Shown piece after piece: positions 1 to 10,830 of a stretch of 64,000 bases of DNA. The notes under the pieces are model-generated. The model did not search any database, was not told the DNA's origin, and was given only the letters and a program-made list of their open reading frames with translations. A program made the position numbers and the translations under genes. Numbering within the stretch: position 1 is the first letter of the stretch; each line of letters starts with the position of its first letter. The stretch covers positions 7,502,001 to 7,566,000 of the forward strand of contig NC_043026.1 in the NCBI RefSeq assembly GCF_006345805.1, given 5' to 3'. The stretch is from Octopus sinensis (taxonomy: Eukaryota).

Positions 1-85
1 CTATTAAAGTTCTCATTTTTGTTAAATGAATTAAGGATCCAACATTCTAATATCCTAAAGCTGATGAACCGACTAAATTGTTGTG

Positions 86-126
<41 letters not shown>

Positions 127-345
127 TATATATATATATATATATACCTATATATAGAGAGATGAGTGTATTTTTACTTGTTAACAATTAACGACAGAAA
201 AAATAAATAAATAGTTACCAGGGTAGCAAAAATCTATTTATTCTTTTGAATAGTATCAGTGGAATTTTCGAAACATGTGTCGAAAGTAAAAATATTTGAT
301 TACACCTGCGTTAAACTCCATTTATTTATTCATATATATATATAT

Positions 346-390
<45 letters not shown>

Positions 391-1446
391 TACATAGATA
401 GATAGATATAGAGGTAATGGGTGTCAAGAAGACCCAAAGGTGTCAGGTAATGCTAAGTAAATGCTATGGACAGACCATAGTTCAGTTCCAGATTCGGTAA
501 TTTTGCGAATAAAGGGTCCAACGTTGGTTCAATTGTCAGCGAGTGTATATAAGAATTTTTTGCGTAATAAAATAAAAAAAGAAAACCAAGGCTGTGTAGA
601 TGTTAGAATATTTATAGATAGAAGGTTCTCATATCATTTTCCACGAAGAGTGTGTTCTCTTATTTTTTCGTATATTTTCATTTGTTTTGCTTATTTTTAC
701 ACTTTGTTTTTTTTTTGCTGAGTTTCTTCTTGAGAAAACACTCTTAGTGGAAAATGGTGATTTTGACGTCTATATCTAGCATAAAGGATGTCCACTTTAG
801 TGGTCAGTCCTCTAAATTTTGTATGTAAAGAAAAAAATGTTTAATCTTCGGATTTTTTAAAAATATGCTAGGCCACTGTTTTTAATGGATTAATATCAAT
901 TTCTACCCTTATTTAATTTATATATATATATCACAAACTTGTAAAGGTGTATTGGTCAGTGAAGCAAGGAGACATGCCCATAGGAGAGAGAAGGACGGAA
1001 GAAGGCGGGAAATTGTCGTATATATTTGTATATATTTTACACACCCAGTTGTATACAGATTTCATAAATGCAGTCGCTGCATACACTGATATATAAATTA
1101 CAAAATGGGACAAGAACGCAAAAACACACAAAGAGACGGCACAAAAAACAGACGGGTCATTCGAAGCCTCTAATCTTCAGTCGGCAACCGGATCATCTTA
1201 GCAATTTCGGCTGATTAATCCTGATATCGCTCCGATACGGCCAGCCCCAAAGAAAAACTAAGCTACGGGCATTAGATTTCTTGGAAAGAGGATCGAATGT
1301 ATACGAAACAAGGACAGGATGCCACACAAATATGAATACAAGAAACAAAAAATAGAAATAAAAAACAAGAATAGTAATAACAGGACAAAACAGAGGGTGT
1401 CTTACGACTTCAGACAATTTTTAACTTATATATGTATGTATGTATG

Positions 1447-1680
1447 TATTCTGTTGTGTCTGGGGAGGGTCATTCCTTTTTGTGCCTTATAATTTAACAC
1501 ACTCACCGGTAAAATGTCCAAGTGTAAATTACGGACAGAGTCAAGACTATTGGAAAGGTTGCAAGACGCAACGAAAATTTTAGGAAAATGAAAATAAGAA
1601 ATAAGGGGAAATTTTACTGGTGAGTGTGTTAGATTATAAGGCACTAAAAGAGATTGACTCTCCCCAGACACAACAGAATA
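1447..1680. repeat. Inverted repeat element (arms about 69 bp)
   Basis: tattctgttgtgtctgggg...ccggtaaaat (1447-1515) pairs with attttactgg...ccccagacacaacagaata (1611-1680), with several mismatches. Confidence 0.8.
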
Positions 1681-1885
1681 TGCTTCAACACACGAACTCA
1701 TATAAAGAATCTTGCAAACCAAATCCAAAAACGAAATATGTATATATTATATATATATAATATATTATATATATATATATATATATAACGGGAAGGTTTA
1801 CGAAAATAAACAAAAGACGAAGGCAGGTGGAGTACAAACAAATAATTGTATTAGTATGGCGCTCAGGAATAGAAATAGAACAAGT

Positions 1886-1921
1886 CTTTTACGTTTCGAG
1901 CCTACGCTCTTCAACAGAAAG
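1886..1921 (-). ncRNA. Minimal hammerhead-like motif with CTGTTGA core (other copies near 24197-24230 and 49897-49932)
   Basis: Minus strand reads cttt-CTGTTGA-a-gagc-gtag-gctc-GAAAC-GTA-aaag, inside a dispersed repeat at about 1788-1970. Confidence 0.55.
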
Positions 1922-2081
1922 ATACACAGAAAAGAAACACGGAGAGAAAAAAATTGCGTGTAGGGGCTAATATACATATATATATTATATCGTAGCGATG
2001 TAATGAAAACGGGCTAAAAAAGGAAAACAATAAAGAAACGAAAACAAAAAAGAAAGAAAGAAGGAGATGGCTGAGACTTAC

Positions 2082-2204
2082 TTCTGAGTATTAATTCTGA
2101 TCCAAAGGTCATTAAACCTGATTTTCTCTTGTCTGCTCAGGTTTTTCCTCTTTACTTCATGTTGGTGTTGTTGTTGTTGGTGGCGGTTTTTGTTGTTTCG
2201 TTGT
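2082..2204 (-). CDS. TRABD2: Tiki/TRABD2 exon (123 bp, phase 2 to 2) with the FNDLW motif
   Basis: Absent from the ORF track. Acceptor ctttgacttcctaacag|, frame QRNNKNRHQQQQHQHEVKRKNLSRQEKIRFNDLWIRINTQ, donor AA|gtaagt. RFNDLWIRI matches the Tiki C-terminal motif RQF(N/S)DLWVR(I/L). Confidence 0.9.
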
Positions 2205-2235
2205 CTGTTAGGAAGTCAAAGAAAGAGATATGTCG

Positions 2236-2534
2236 TCATCATCATCATCATCCTCATCATTTAACATCTGTTTTTCCATGCTGACATGGGTTGAACGGTT
2301 TGACAGGAGCTGGCCAGGAGCATAGCTTCCCAGGGCACCTCCTCAATAGGGTCCATCAAAAGAAGTACATACAAATATATATATATATATATTATATATT
2401 AATATATATATATATATATATAATATATATACACACATATATATATACACACATATATATATATACAAACATATATATATATATACACACATATATATAT
2501 ATATACACACATATATATATATACACACACAGAC

Positions 2535-2566
<32 letters not shown>

Positions 2567-3052
2567 CAAATATATACATATATACATATATATACGTCTG
2601 TTGTGGCATGGTTTCTACAGCTGGATGCCCTTCCTAACATGCCAACCGCTTTACAAAGTGTACTTGGTGCTTTTACGCAGCACCAGCATGGGCGCATGAA
2701 TGCGACACTGGCAGGGGCACATTTTACATGGCACCAGCACCCACAAGTCTGCAAGATTAGGAATGATCAGCTGTAGAGAGATGCCAGCAACAGCCTGTAT
2801 TCCAAGGTAGCCATGCATTTACTTGATTAGACTCGTCTTTTCAAGCACAGCAAACTGCCAGGAGTCTCTGTCCCCTGTCACCCCTTCTGTGAGTCCCAAT
2901 GTCTGTAGATCCTTTCTCACCACTTTGTCCCACGTCTTCCTGGGTCCACCCCTTCCACATGTTCTCTCTATAGTTAGCAATTGGCATCTCTTGATGCAAC
3001 TGTCTTCATTCATATGCATTACATGGCCATACCAGTGCAGTCTTTCCTCCAG
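2236..3052 (-). mobile_element. Decayed RTE-clade LINE 3' portion, interrupted by a TA/CA microsatellite
   Basis: EERLHWYGHVMHMNEDSCIKRCQLLTIERTCGRGGPRKTWDKVVRKDLQTLGL, with the same 3' UTR and (GAT)n tail; head-to-head with the 3092-4020 copy. Confidence 0.85.
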
Positions 3053-3091
3053 CTGGTATGCCCCCCCCCCACTCAGACACAAGCACATGTG

Positions 3092-4020
3092 TCCAAGAGT
3101 GTAGCTGTGAGAATAAGATTAGGCTGGGTAAAGTTCAGAGAGCTCCTACCTCTGCTGGCAACAAAGGGCCTCTTCCTCAGAGTGAAAGGCAGATTGTATG
3201 ATGCCTGTGGCGAACAGCTATGCTAAATGGCAGTGAAACATGGCGTGTGAGGACATGCATAGGCTTGAAAGAAATGAAGCCAGTATGCTTCACTCAATGT
3301 GCAATGTCAATGGGCATGTTTGACAGAGTGTAAGCGTCTTGAGAGAAAAGTTTGGCATAAGAGGAATCAGATGTGGTGTGCAAGAGAGACAACTACACTG
3401 GTATGGTCTTGTGATGCATTTGGATGAGGACAGCTGTGTCAAGAGATGCCGATCTCTAACTGTGGAGGGAACCTGTGGTAGGGGTAGACCCAGGAAGACA
3501 TGAGATGAAGTGGTGAAGCATGATCTACGAATTTTGAGCCTCACAGAGGCAATGACTTGTGACTGAGACCTTTGGCGATGTGCTGTGCTTGAGAAGACCC
3601 ATCAAACCAAGTGCACCCATGCTGGTGGCATGTAAAGAATTAACTTTTGAATTTTGAGCCTCATTCACGATGGCAAAGTGGTTGAGTTCCTTTCGAGTAT
3701 TGGTCCTCAAGGAGGCAATGACCAAGACCTTTGGCATTATGTTCTGCTTGAGAAGAAGACCCACCAAGTCATGGTAGATACCGGTGTCACACAAATTGGC
3801 ACATAAACACACCCCAATGTCACACAAATAGTACCCATGTCAGTGTCATGTAAAAGCACTCATTACACTCTCAGAGTGGTTGGCATTAGGAAGGGCATCC
3901 AGCCATAGAAAACCCTGCCAAATCAGACTGGAGCCTGGTGCAGCCCTCCAGCATGACAATCCAGTCCAATTGTCCAACCCATGCCAGCATGGACAATGGA
4001 TGTTAAATGATGATGATGCT
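3092..4020 (+). mobile_element. Decayed RTE-clade LINE 3' portion with (GAT)n tail
   Basis: RIRLGWVKFRELLPLL...KGRLYDAC and QERQLHWYGLVMHLDEDSCVKRC...GRGRPRKT with stops and frameshifts, then a 3' UTR ending gttaaatgatgatgatg. Confidence 0.85.
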
Positions 4021-4104
4021 GATGCCTGTATATATATATCAACAAGCAATTTAGCTAATTAGAAAATCTCTAAACGAGATGAAAGTAGTAACTATACTGA
4101 AGTA

Positions 4105-4313
4105 TAATGTTTATTGCCATTTCAACATGGCTGTTCTGTAGGAACTGACATTACTGCCTTTTTTAACCCCAGGAGGACAACTCCTCCAGCTGGAATATAT
4201 ATCGGGTGCAGCTTGCATCGATAACCAGCTGGAGGAGGGGTCCTCCTGGGGTTAAAAAAGGCAGTAATGTCAGTTCCTACAGAGCAGCCATGTTGAAATG
4301 GCAATAAACATTA
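4105..4313. mobile_element. Palindromic MITE-like element (89-bp arms, 31-nt loop)
   Basis: 4105-4193 versus 4225-4313 with 3 mismatches by manual comparison; begins and ends with TA. A related half-element lies at about 28541-28627. Confidence 0.75.
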
Positions 4314-4397
4314 CTTACACACACACACACACACACACGCACGCACACTCACACACACACACACACGCGCATGCGTGCAAGCAACATCAATGGTAAC

Positions 4398-4606
4398 AAG
4401 AAGAAGGAGAGAAGGAGGAGGAAAAGATGAAGAAGAAGAGGAGGAAGAAGACAAAGAGGAAGAAGGAGGAGGAGGAGAGGATGGAGAAGAAGAGGAAGAA
4501 GACGAAGAGGTAAAAGAGGAAGAAGAATAAGGAGGAGGGGGAGGAGGAGGAGAAGATGAAGAAGAAGAAGAGGAGGAAGGAGAAGAAGGTGAAGAAGAAG
4601 AAGAAG
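4398..4606. repeat. (GAA/GGA)n polypurine tract
   Basis: Seen directly. Confidence 0.9.
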
Positions 4607-5178
4607 AGTGAGACACTCCCTAGCACCAATACTCCCCATCTCCACCATCCACGTAATATCAATTGCACAGCTTTTAATAAGTCTTTCGTCAAAGCTATAA
4701 AACAGATCAGATTCTGGGTGCAACTGGAGTCGGCCGGCGGTTGATGCACACACATTCCTCCCTTCCATGTATGCATGTATGTATGTGTGTACATATGGCT
4801 GTGTGTGTGTGTGTGTGTAGTGACTGCAGTTTTTGACAATTCGTCAGCATCTGTTTATGATGTTTCAACAGTATACCTACACATACGCAACATACTCCAG
4901 TAGACACCGCAGTAGAGGCACACACTGATGCTGACATCATAAAACATATACACTCCCTGTCTATCCATCCATCCATCCATCCACCCACCTATCCACCTGT
5001 GTGTCTTTATCTCTTTCTAACTATCTATTTATTTAGTCACCTGACTCTCTATCTGCCTGTCAATCCATTAAGCTATCTTTCCATGTAGACATGCAACACA
5101 CACACATGTATGTATGTATGTATGAATGCATGCTCGTTTGTGTGTATATATATATATATATATATGTATGTATATAAA

Positions 5179-5333
5179 TACAGGGTGTGGTGAATAAATT
5201 GTTGTCTAAATTACGCAGAAATGAAAATAACACTGACATCTCATTTTAACAGAAATATTTACCAAAATTGCCTAAAAATATCTTGAAATACTAAAGAGTA
5301 AATTTATTCAATAAAATCGCCATTGGCTTCAAC
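5179..5333 (-). mobile_element. 3' end of a Tc1/mariner-superfamily transposon
   Basis: TA followed by a CAGGGTG terminus; the minus strand encodes VEANGDFIE*, typical of Tc1/maT transposase C-termini. Confidence 0.6.
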
Positions 5334-5498
5334 AAGTGGACAGGTCATTCAAGAATTTGGACCTGGAGATCTCCATTTCCAGCGATATCGAGGACCACCT
5401 CCCAGTAGTGTTGGGCATGAACAAAGAGCCCTCGACTACAAGACGACCAAAGTTTTTTTTTTCCAAGGTCTGGGGTTTCCCACCCCTAAGCCCTAGAC

Positions 5499-5705
5499 CA
5501 GTGGTTTTCAACCAGGGTTCTGCGGAACCTTAGGGTTCCGCCAGTACAGTTCAGGGGTTCCGCAAGAAGTTACAAAACTGCTAAAATCGGCAGTAATTTT
5601 AAATTCTCCTGTGCATAAGACTATTAAATTATTGCACAGGGGTTCCTCGAGCCAGTGGAATGTTTCCTTGGGGTTCCATTCCAGCAAAAAGTTTGAAAAG
5701 CACTG
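5499..5705. mobile_element. hAT (Charlie-type) MITE, 207 bp
   Basis: TIRs CAGTGGTTTTCAA / TTGAAAAGCACTG and a perfect 8-bp TSD CCCTAGAC at 5491-5498 and 5706-5713. Confidence 0.9.
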
Positions 5706-6443
5706 CCCTAGACCATCACCTAATCACCCTTACCCGTCTTGTTGCTTAACAACAAGTGGACAGTGAATGAGGCTTTTAAAGAAAGGCTGGGCGGGGGAGG
5801 ATAGCGGCATGAGGTATAAACTGTTGGTAAATTGCAGTAAATATGGAAGGTTTTGAAAGATGTGATGTCCTGACAGTTAATCAATGATGCAGGGAGTTTA
5901 TGCGAGGCTTTAGGATTTTATTCCAGAAGCATGGAAGGAATACATCTGACACCATTAAATAAGTCACCTCTCATGTGATAAATTTTATTACTTTTTGACT
6001 TGATAGCGGATATAGGGACTCAGGGAAGGGGTCACATCTGAAGGGCTGGATTTTCCATTCCTCACATCAAGTTTTCTGTGCGCTTCTTGTTCATTTTACA
6101 ACTCAATACAAGTCCTTCCACAGCAGAATAACATCAGTTTCACTAGAGTCTGTTTGATGAAAAGCATCCAGGCCACACTGTAAAGGGGTTCATGTTTGGA
6201 AGGGCATCCAATCGTAAAAAACATGCCAAAACTAAGCTCGCTTGTGCAGATGGCACATAAAAGGCACTGAGTCCACTCTGCAGTGGGGTTTGTGTTAGGA
6301 AGGGGCATCCAGCCGTAAAACCTTTGCCAAAAGTAACCAAGTAACTTGGTTAGTCTTCTATCCTGTCCCACTCATGCATGAATGGATGATGGATGTTAAA
6401 CGATTATGATGATGATGATATGTATATATATATATATATAAAG

Positions 6444-6683
6444 GGTAAAGACCCCCTTTGGTCATGAATGACAATGGGATTGCACCTAGAAAGATCCCCT
6501 CTGAGGCACAAGTCCAAGCAAGGTTATGGAAGGCCAGCAGTCATCCATGCATACCAGCCTCCCCTCTCCATGCCACCGATGTCATCCAAGGGAAAGGCAA
6601 AGGGGCCGATACAACTTGGCACCAGTGATGTTGCAACTCATTTCTACAGCTGAGTGAACTGGAGCAACGTGAAATAAAGTGTG
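6444..6683 (-). mobile_element. SINE-like repeat fragment (duplicated at 7152-7390)
   Basis: Two near-identical copies of about 240 bp flanked by TA tracts; no coding signal. The orientation is tentative. Confidence 0.55.
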
Positions 6684-6693
6684 TATATATATA

Positions 6694-6862
6694 GGCGCAG
6701 GAGTGGCTGTGTGGTAAGTAGCTTGCTTACCAACCACATGATACCGGGTTCAGTCCCACTGTGTGGCACCTTGGGCAAGTGTCTTCGACTATAGCCTCGG
6801 GCCGACGAAAGCCTTGTGAGTGGATTTGGTAGACAGAAACTGAAAGAAGCCCGTCATATATA

Positions 6863-6905
<43 letters not shown>

Positions 6906-7136
6906 GTGTGCGTGTGTGCATGTATGTTTGTGTGTCTGTGTTTGTCCCCCTAGCATTGCTTGACAACCGATGCTGGTGTGTTTACGTCCCCGTCACTTAG
7001 TGGTTTGGCAAAAGAGACCGATAGAATAAGTACTGGGCTTACAAAGAATAAGTCCCGGGGTCGAGTTGCTCGACTAAAGGCGGTGCTGCAGCATGGCCGC
7101 AGTCAAATGACTGAAACAAGTAAATGAGTAAAGAGT
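6694..7136 (+). mobile_element. tRNA-derived SINE family B (CORE-like block; probably octopus OR-type), representative full copy
   Basis: A-box tggctgtgtgg, B-box gggttcagtcc, CORE-like ggcaccttgggcaagtgtctt, internal TA/TG tract, (taaaagag)n tail. Copies: 7401-8055+, 10720-11793+, 15525-15894-, 16593-16998-, 30381-30795-, 33311-33679-, 51172-51597+, 51921-52175-, 52245-52735+, 55076-55479+, 57560-57947+, 63632-64000+, plus fragments. Confidence 0.9.
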
Positions 7137-7566
7137 ATATATATATAAAGAGTAAAGACCCCCTTTGGTCATGAATGACCATGGAATTGCACCTAGAATG
7201 TTCCCCTCTGAGGCACAAGTCCAAGCAAGGTTATGGAAGGCCAGCAGTCATCCATGCATACCAGCCTCCCCTCTCCATGCCACCGATGTCATCCAAGGGA
7301 AAGGCAAAGGGGCCGATACAACTTGGCACCAGTGATGTTGCAACTCATTTCTACAGCTGATTGAACTGGAGCAACGTGAAATAAAGTGTGTATATATATA
7401 GGCGCAGGAGTGGCTGTGTGGTAAGTAGCTTGCTTACCAACCACATGATACCGGGTTCAGTCCCACTGCGTGGCACCTTGGGCAAGTGTCTTCGACTATA
7501 GCCTCGGGCCGACGAAAGCCTTGTGAGTGGATTTGGTAGACAGAAACTGAAAGAAGCCCGTCATAT

Positions 7567-7638
<72 letters not shown>

Positions 7639-8220
7639 TAGAATTTAATATAAATTACAAAGTGGGACAAGAACGCAAAAACATACAAGGAGATGGCACA
7701 AAAAACTGACGGGTCACTCAAAGCCTCTAATCTTCAGTCGGGAACCGGATCATCTTAGTGATTTCGGCTGTTTAATTTCGATATCACTCCGATCCGGCCA
7801 GCCCCAAGGAAAATCCAAATATATATATATATGTGCGTGTATGTTTGTGTGTCTGTGTTTGTCCCCCTAGCATTGCTTGACAACTGATGCTGGTGTGTTT
7901 ATGTCCCTGTCACTTAGCGGTTCGGCAAAAGAGACCGATAGAATAAGTACTGGGCTTACAAAGAATAAGTCCCGGGGTCGAGTTGCTCGATTAAAAGCGG
8001 TGCTCCAGCATGGCCGCAGTCAAATGACTGAAACAAGTAAAAGAGTAAAAGAGTATATATTTTTATGCAGCTGAAGATTGCTCTACATTTTAAATTGATG
8101 TAATGTTTGCATCATTCAATTAAATGGAGTCACATGTGACAATCGTACTGCATTACCTCTGGATATATATATATGAAATTTCGAATTGACACCTGTCCAG
8201 GTGACACTGAGATGCCTTAC

Positions 8221-8295
8221 CTTAAGGTATGTGATATAACCAAGATACATAGTGATATTTGATAGCAGCATATCACATATCTTAATGGGTGACAC
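8221..8295 (-). CDS. Candidate 75-bp symmetric cassette exon of the Tiki gene
   Basis: Acceptor tgtccttgcag|, donor AAG|gtaagg, open in phase 2: (R)CHPLRYVICCYQISLCILVISHTL(R). A 114-bp intron separates it from the 8410-8532 exon. No homology support. Confidence 0.35.
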
Positions 8296-8409
8296 CTGCA
8301 AGGACACACAGACATGCAAACTGACAGACAGGCAGACCGACAGACAAACAGGCAGGTAAATTGAGAGACAGATGATTAGGCACGGAGAGCTCCGTTAACG
8401 ATGACAGAC

Positions 8410-8532
8410 CTGTTCCGTAGGAAATAATGCATTTGGTCTCTTCCGGCGCCGTTTGCCGATTTGGAATCCTTCGTCTCTGCAAAATGGATTTTCTTCCTCC
8501 GCCTGTTCTTCCTTGTCCTTTTCCCTGGGTTT
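8410..8532 (-). CDS. TRABD2: Probable Tiki/TRABD2 exon (123 bp, phase 2 to 2), basic linker
   Basis: Acceptor cttatcttcacag|, open frame NPGKRTRKNRRRKKIHFAETKDSKSANGAGRDQMHYFLRN(R), donor AG|gtctgt. Phase matches both flanking exons, the sequence is non-repetitive, and Tiki proteins have a Lys/Arg-rich stretch after the TraB domain. Confidence 0.7.
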
Positions 8533-8760
8533 CTGTGAAGATAAGACAAGACATGTAAGTGGGGTGGGGGTGTAATGAGATATCATCAAAGAATTACAGG
8601 TCATCATACCACACACACACATACACGTGTGTGTGTGTGTGCATTCACAGCTGCCTCAAAAGTAAATAGACAGACCTCATTACACGGTTTTAATTTTTGC
8701 AGCCTCTGTTCAATTTGTATGATGCGGAATCATCTGAAATAATTTAAAACAGCACCAGAC

Positions 8761-8965
8761 ATCATCATCATCATCATCATTTAACGTTCGCTTTCCATGC
8801 TGGCATGGGTTGGACGGTTCAACTGGGGTCTGGGAAGCCAGAAGGCTGCACCAGGCTCCAGTCTGATCTGGCACTGTTTCTACGGCTGGATGCCCTTCCT
8901 AATGCCAACCACTCCATGAGTGTAGTGGGTGCTTTTTACGTGCCACTGGCACAGGTGCCAGACGA
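8761..8965 (-). mobile_element. RTE-related 3'-end repeat with (GAT)n tail (representative copy of a very abundant family)
   Basis: Shared blocks ccatgctagcatgggttgga...ctggatgcccttcctaacgccaaccactc. Other copies near 6140-6420, 12500-12870, 15931-16185, 18454-18745, 21820-22180, 32540-33175, 34970-35055, 35950-36440, 37670-38040, 48020-48400, 59630-59705, 60070-60355, 61710-61990 and 63410-63590. Confidence 0.8.
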
Positions 8966-9153
8966 GTCATGACTATTGAATACTTTATTAAGCATTGAAA
9001 TGCATCAAATCACATCATTTTGTTTCTAGAAATAAATCTTTCAAAATGCTTTGTCTATTTACTTTTGACACACGCACACACACACACAAACACACACACA
9101 CACACAACACATGAATGTACAAGATGGAATAAACAAGGTTTAATTTCAAAATA

Positions 9154-9269
9154 CAACAACCGTTTCAGTGCAATGATAACAACTGTTAGTCTTGTATGAT
9201 TACATAAAATTATTTTGCAGATAATATATATGGTCCAGCAACAGCTGTGTGCTGGCACTTCATCAGGTG
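9154..9269 (-). ncRNA. Degenerate type I hammerhead motif
   Basis: Minus strand reads cac-CTGATGA-agtgc...(long insert)...gcact-GAAAC-g-GTT-gttg. The 5-bp base of stem II is perfect but stem I is weak. Confidence 0.45.
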
Positions 9270-9597
9270 AGTGGCTTTGAAAGCACTGCTGGATCACGTT
9301 CAACTTCTCATCACTTTATGTGCTTCTCTATACCTTACTCTCTCTCTTTACCAACGAAACCATCATCACCCAGTGTTTTAAATCCAGGTTTTGTCCCTGT
9401 TAATGGGGGTGGCTGGATCAACCTCGATGCCATAGCAACTGAAGCAGGTAGGTGCAGCCCACCCCAATCTTTGGGCTGGCTGGTGCCCATTCTTCCATGC
9501 TATCATGAAGCTTTTTCAGAGCTGGATTTTCTACGGAGAGCATGACCTTGCTTAATCCCCAACCTCAGTTTCTAGACATGAGTGGTTTTGAGACCAA

Positions 9598-9920
9598 GGC
9601 TTTATTGAACAACTTATATCAATGCATAATTGATATAACAGGTAGGTCAAAAGCCTTCTTCAGCCGCGTACAATTACCACACTAAGGTCTCTTTATCGAG
9701 TGAGAAAACGATATGGATGTTTTGTTTTGGTGTCTCACAATGCCATATATGCCTATGAGGAGTTACTTTCCCACTGAAACTCGGTTTTTTCCCAAACTTT
9801 TTCTGAAACCTGCTATAATGTGATACATGACTTTGGTGTGGTAATTGTACGCGGCTGAAGAAGGCTTTTGACCTACATGTTATATCAATTATGCATTGAT
9901 ATAAGTTGTTCAATAAAGCC
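9598..9920. repeat. 92-bp inverted repeat pair with 139-bp spacer (Penelope-like inverted terminus)
   Basis: 9598-9689 is the near-perfect reverse complement of 9829-9920. The right arm runs into the complete hammerhead; the left arm carries only its 5' part. Confidence 0.9.
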
Positions 9921-9937
9921 CGAAACATATGTACCGC
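9851..9937 (+). ncRNA. Type I hammerhead ribozyme motif, minimal stem III
   Basis: gcgg-CTGAAGA-aggcttt...aaagccc-GAAAC-atat-GTA-ccgc. Stem I gcgg/ccgc; long stem II including ttatatcaat/attgatataa; palindromic stem III acatatgt. Predicted cleavage after 9933. Confidence 0.75.
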
Positions 9938-10569
9938 AGAATCCTTTGCGTCCTGTTTTTCTTTTGATACATATATCCTATCACCTATACCACTAACTGG
10001 CATATAAAGGTGCTTACAGTTATTAAGTATTCACCCTGAATTTTATATATATATATATATATATCTATATATATACAAGGTTCGAATTTATAGGTAAAAA
10101 GGATGAAGGCAGGTGTATTAGTCTGCTTTCCATGCTATCTGTCTACCTCTGTGTCTGTCTGCCCATTCATATATCTATCTATCTATCTATCTGTCTGTCT
10201 GTCTGTCTAGCTGCCTATCTCTATCTGTCCTCGCATCAATTTGTCTATATAGCCACATTCTGTATTATCTATATATCTACATTCTGTCTTACTTCGCCAC
10301 ATAATTATCCCTAACAAGCTATTTAATCCCCCCCTCCCCACCTTAAATATGTTAACAGGGGCCAACATAAAACTGATTAAATGTCAATATGGCTGCCACT
10401 TCACCACAAAACACTCTTCACAAATTAATGAACTCCGCTGAAGATTTTAAATTGGCTGCTGATAAGAAAGCATTCTCACCCTCTCTGTGTGTGTGTGTGT
10501 ACGTGCGAATGTGTGTATGTCTGTCTGTATATATATGTGTGTACACACACATGTATAGATAAAGAGATA

Positions 10570-10643
<74 letters not shown>

Positions 10644-10830
10644 AAAAGAGATAGATACATAGAGGAATAGAGAGAGAAAGAGAAAAACAGAAAGACAGAT
10701 AGGTAGATAGATAGAGAGAGGCGCAGGAGTGGCTGTGTGGTAAGTAGCTTGTCTACCAACCATATGGTTCCAGGTTCAGTCCCACTGTGTGGCACCTTGA
10801 GCAAGTCTTCTACTTGGGCAAGTGTCTTCT

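Noticed and set aside
57-290. ctgatga at 61 and GAAAC-atgt-GTC near 270 (also near 22279) as one ribozyme
   Set aside because: The halves are separated by a microsatellite and no stem I or II pairing links them; these are partial remnants at best.
1090-1330. CTGAAGA in the repeat family at 1090-1330, 7630-7815 and 18810-19040 as a hammerhead
   Set aside because: I could not place GAAA, stem III and stem I in a consistent topology by eye. It remains an unclassified, possibly Penelope-related repeat.
4556-4744. Plus-strand peptide QIRFWVQLES resembling the Tiki LWVRLEES motif
   Set aside because: It is on the wrong strand; the real motif exon is at 2082-2204 on the minus strand.
6694-6765. 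tRNA-like heads with A and B boxes as tRNA genes
   Set aside because: They are SINE 5' heads that continue into repeat bodies, and no complete cloverleaf is evident.
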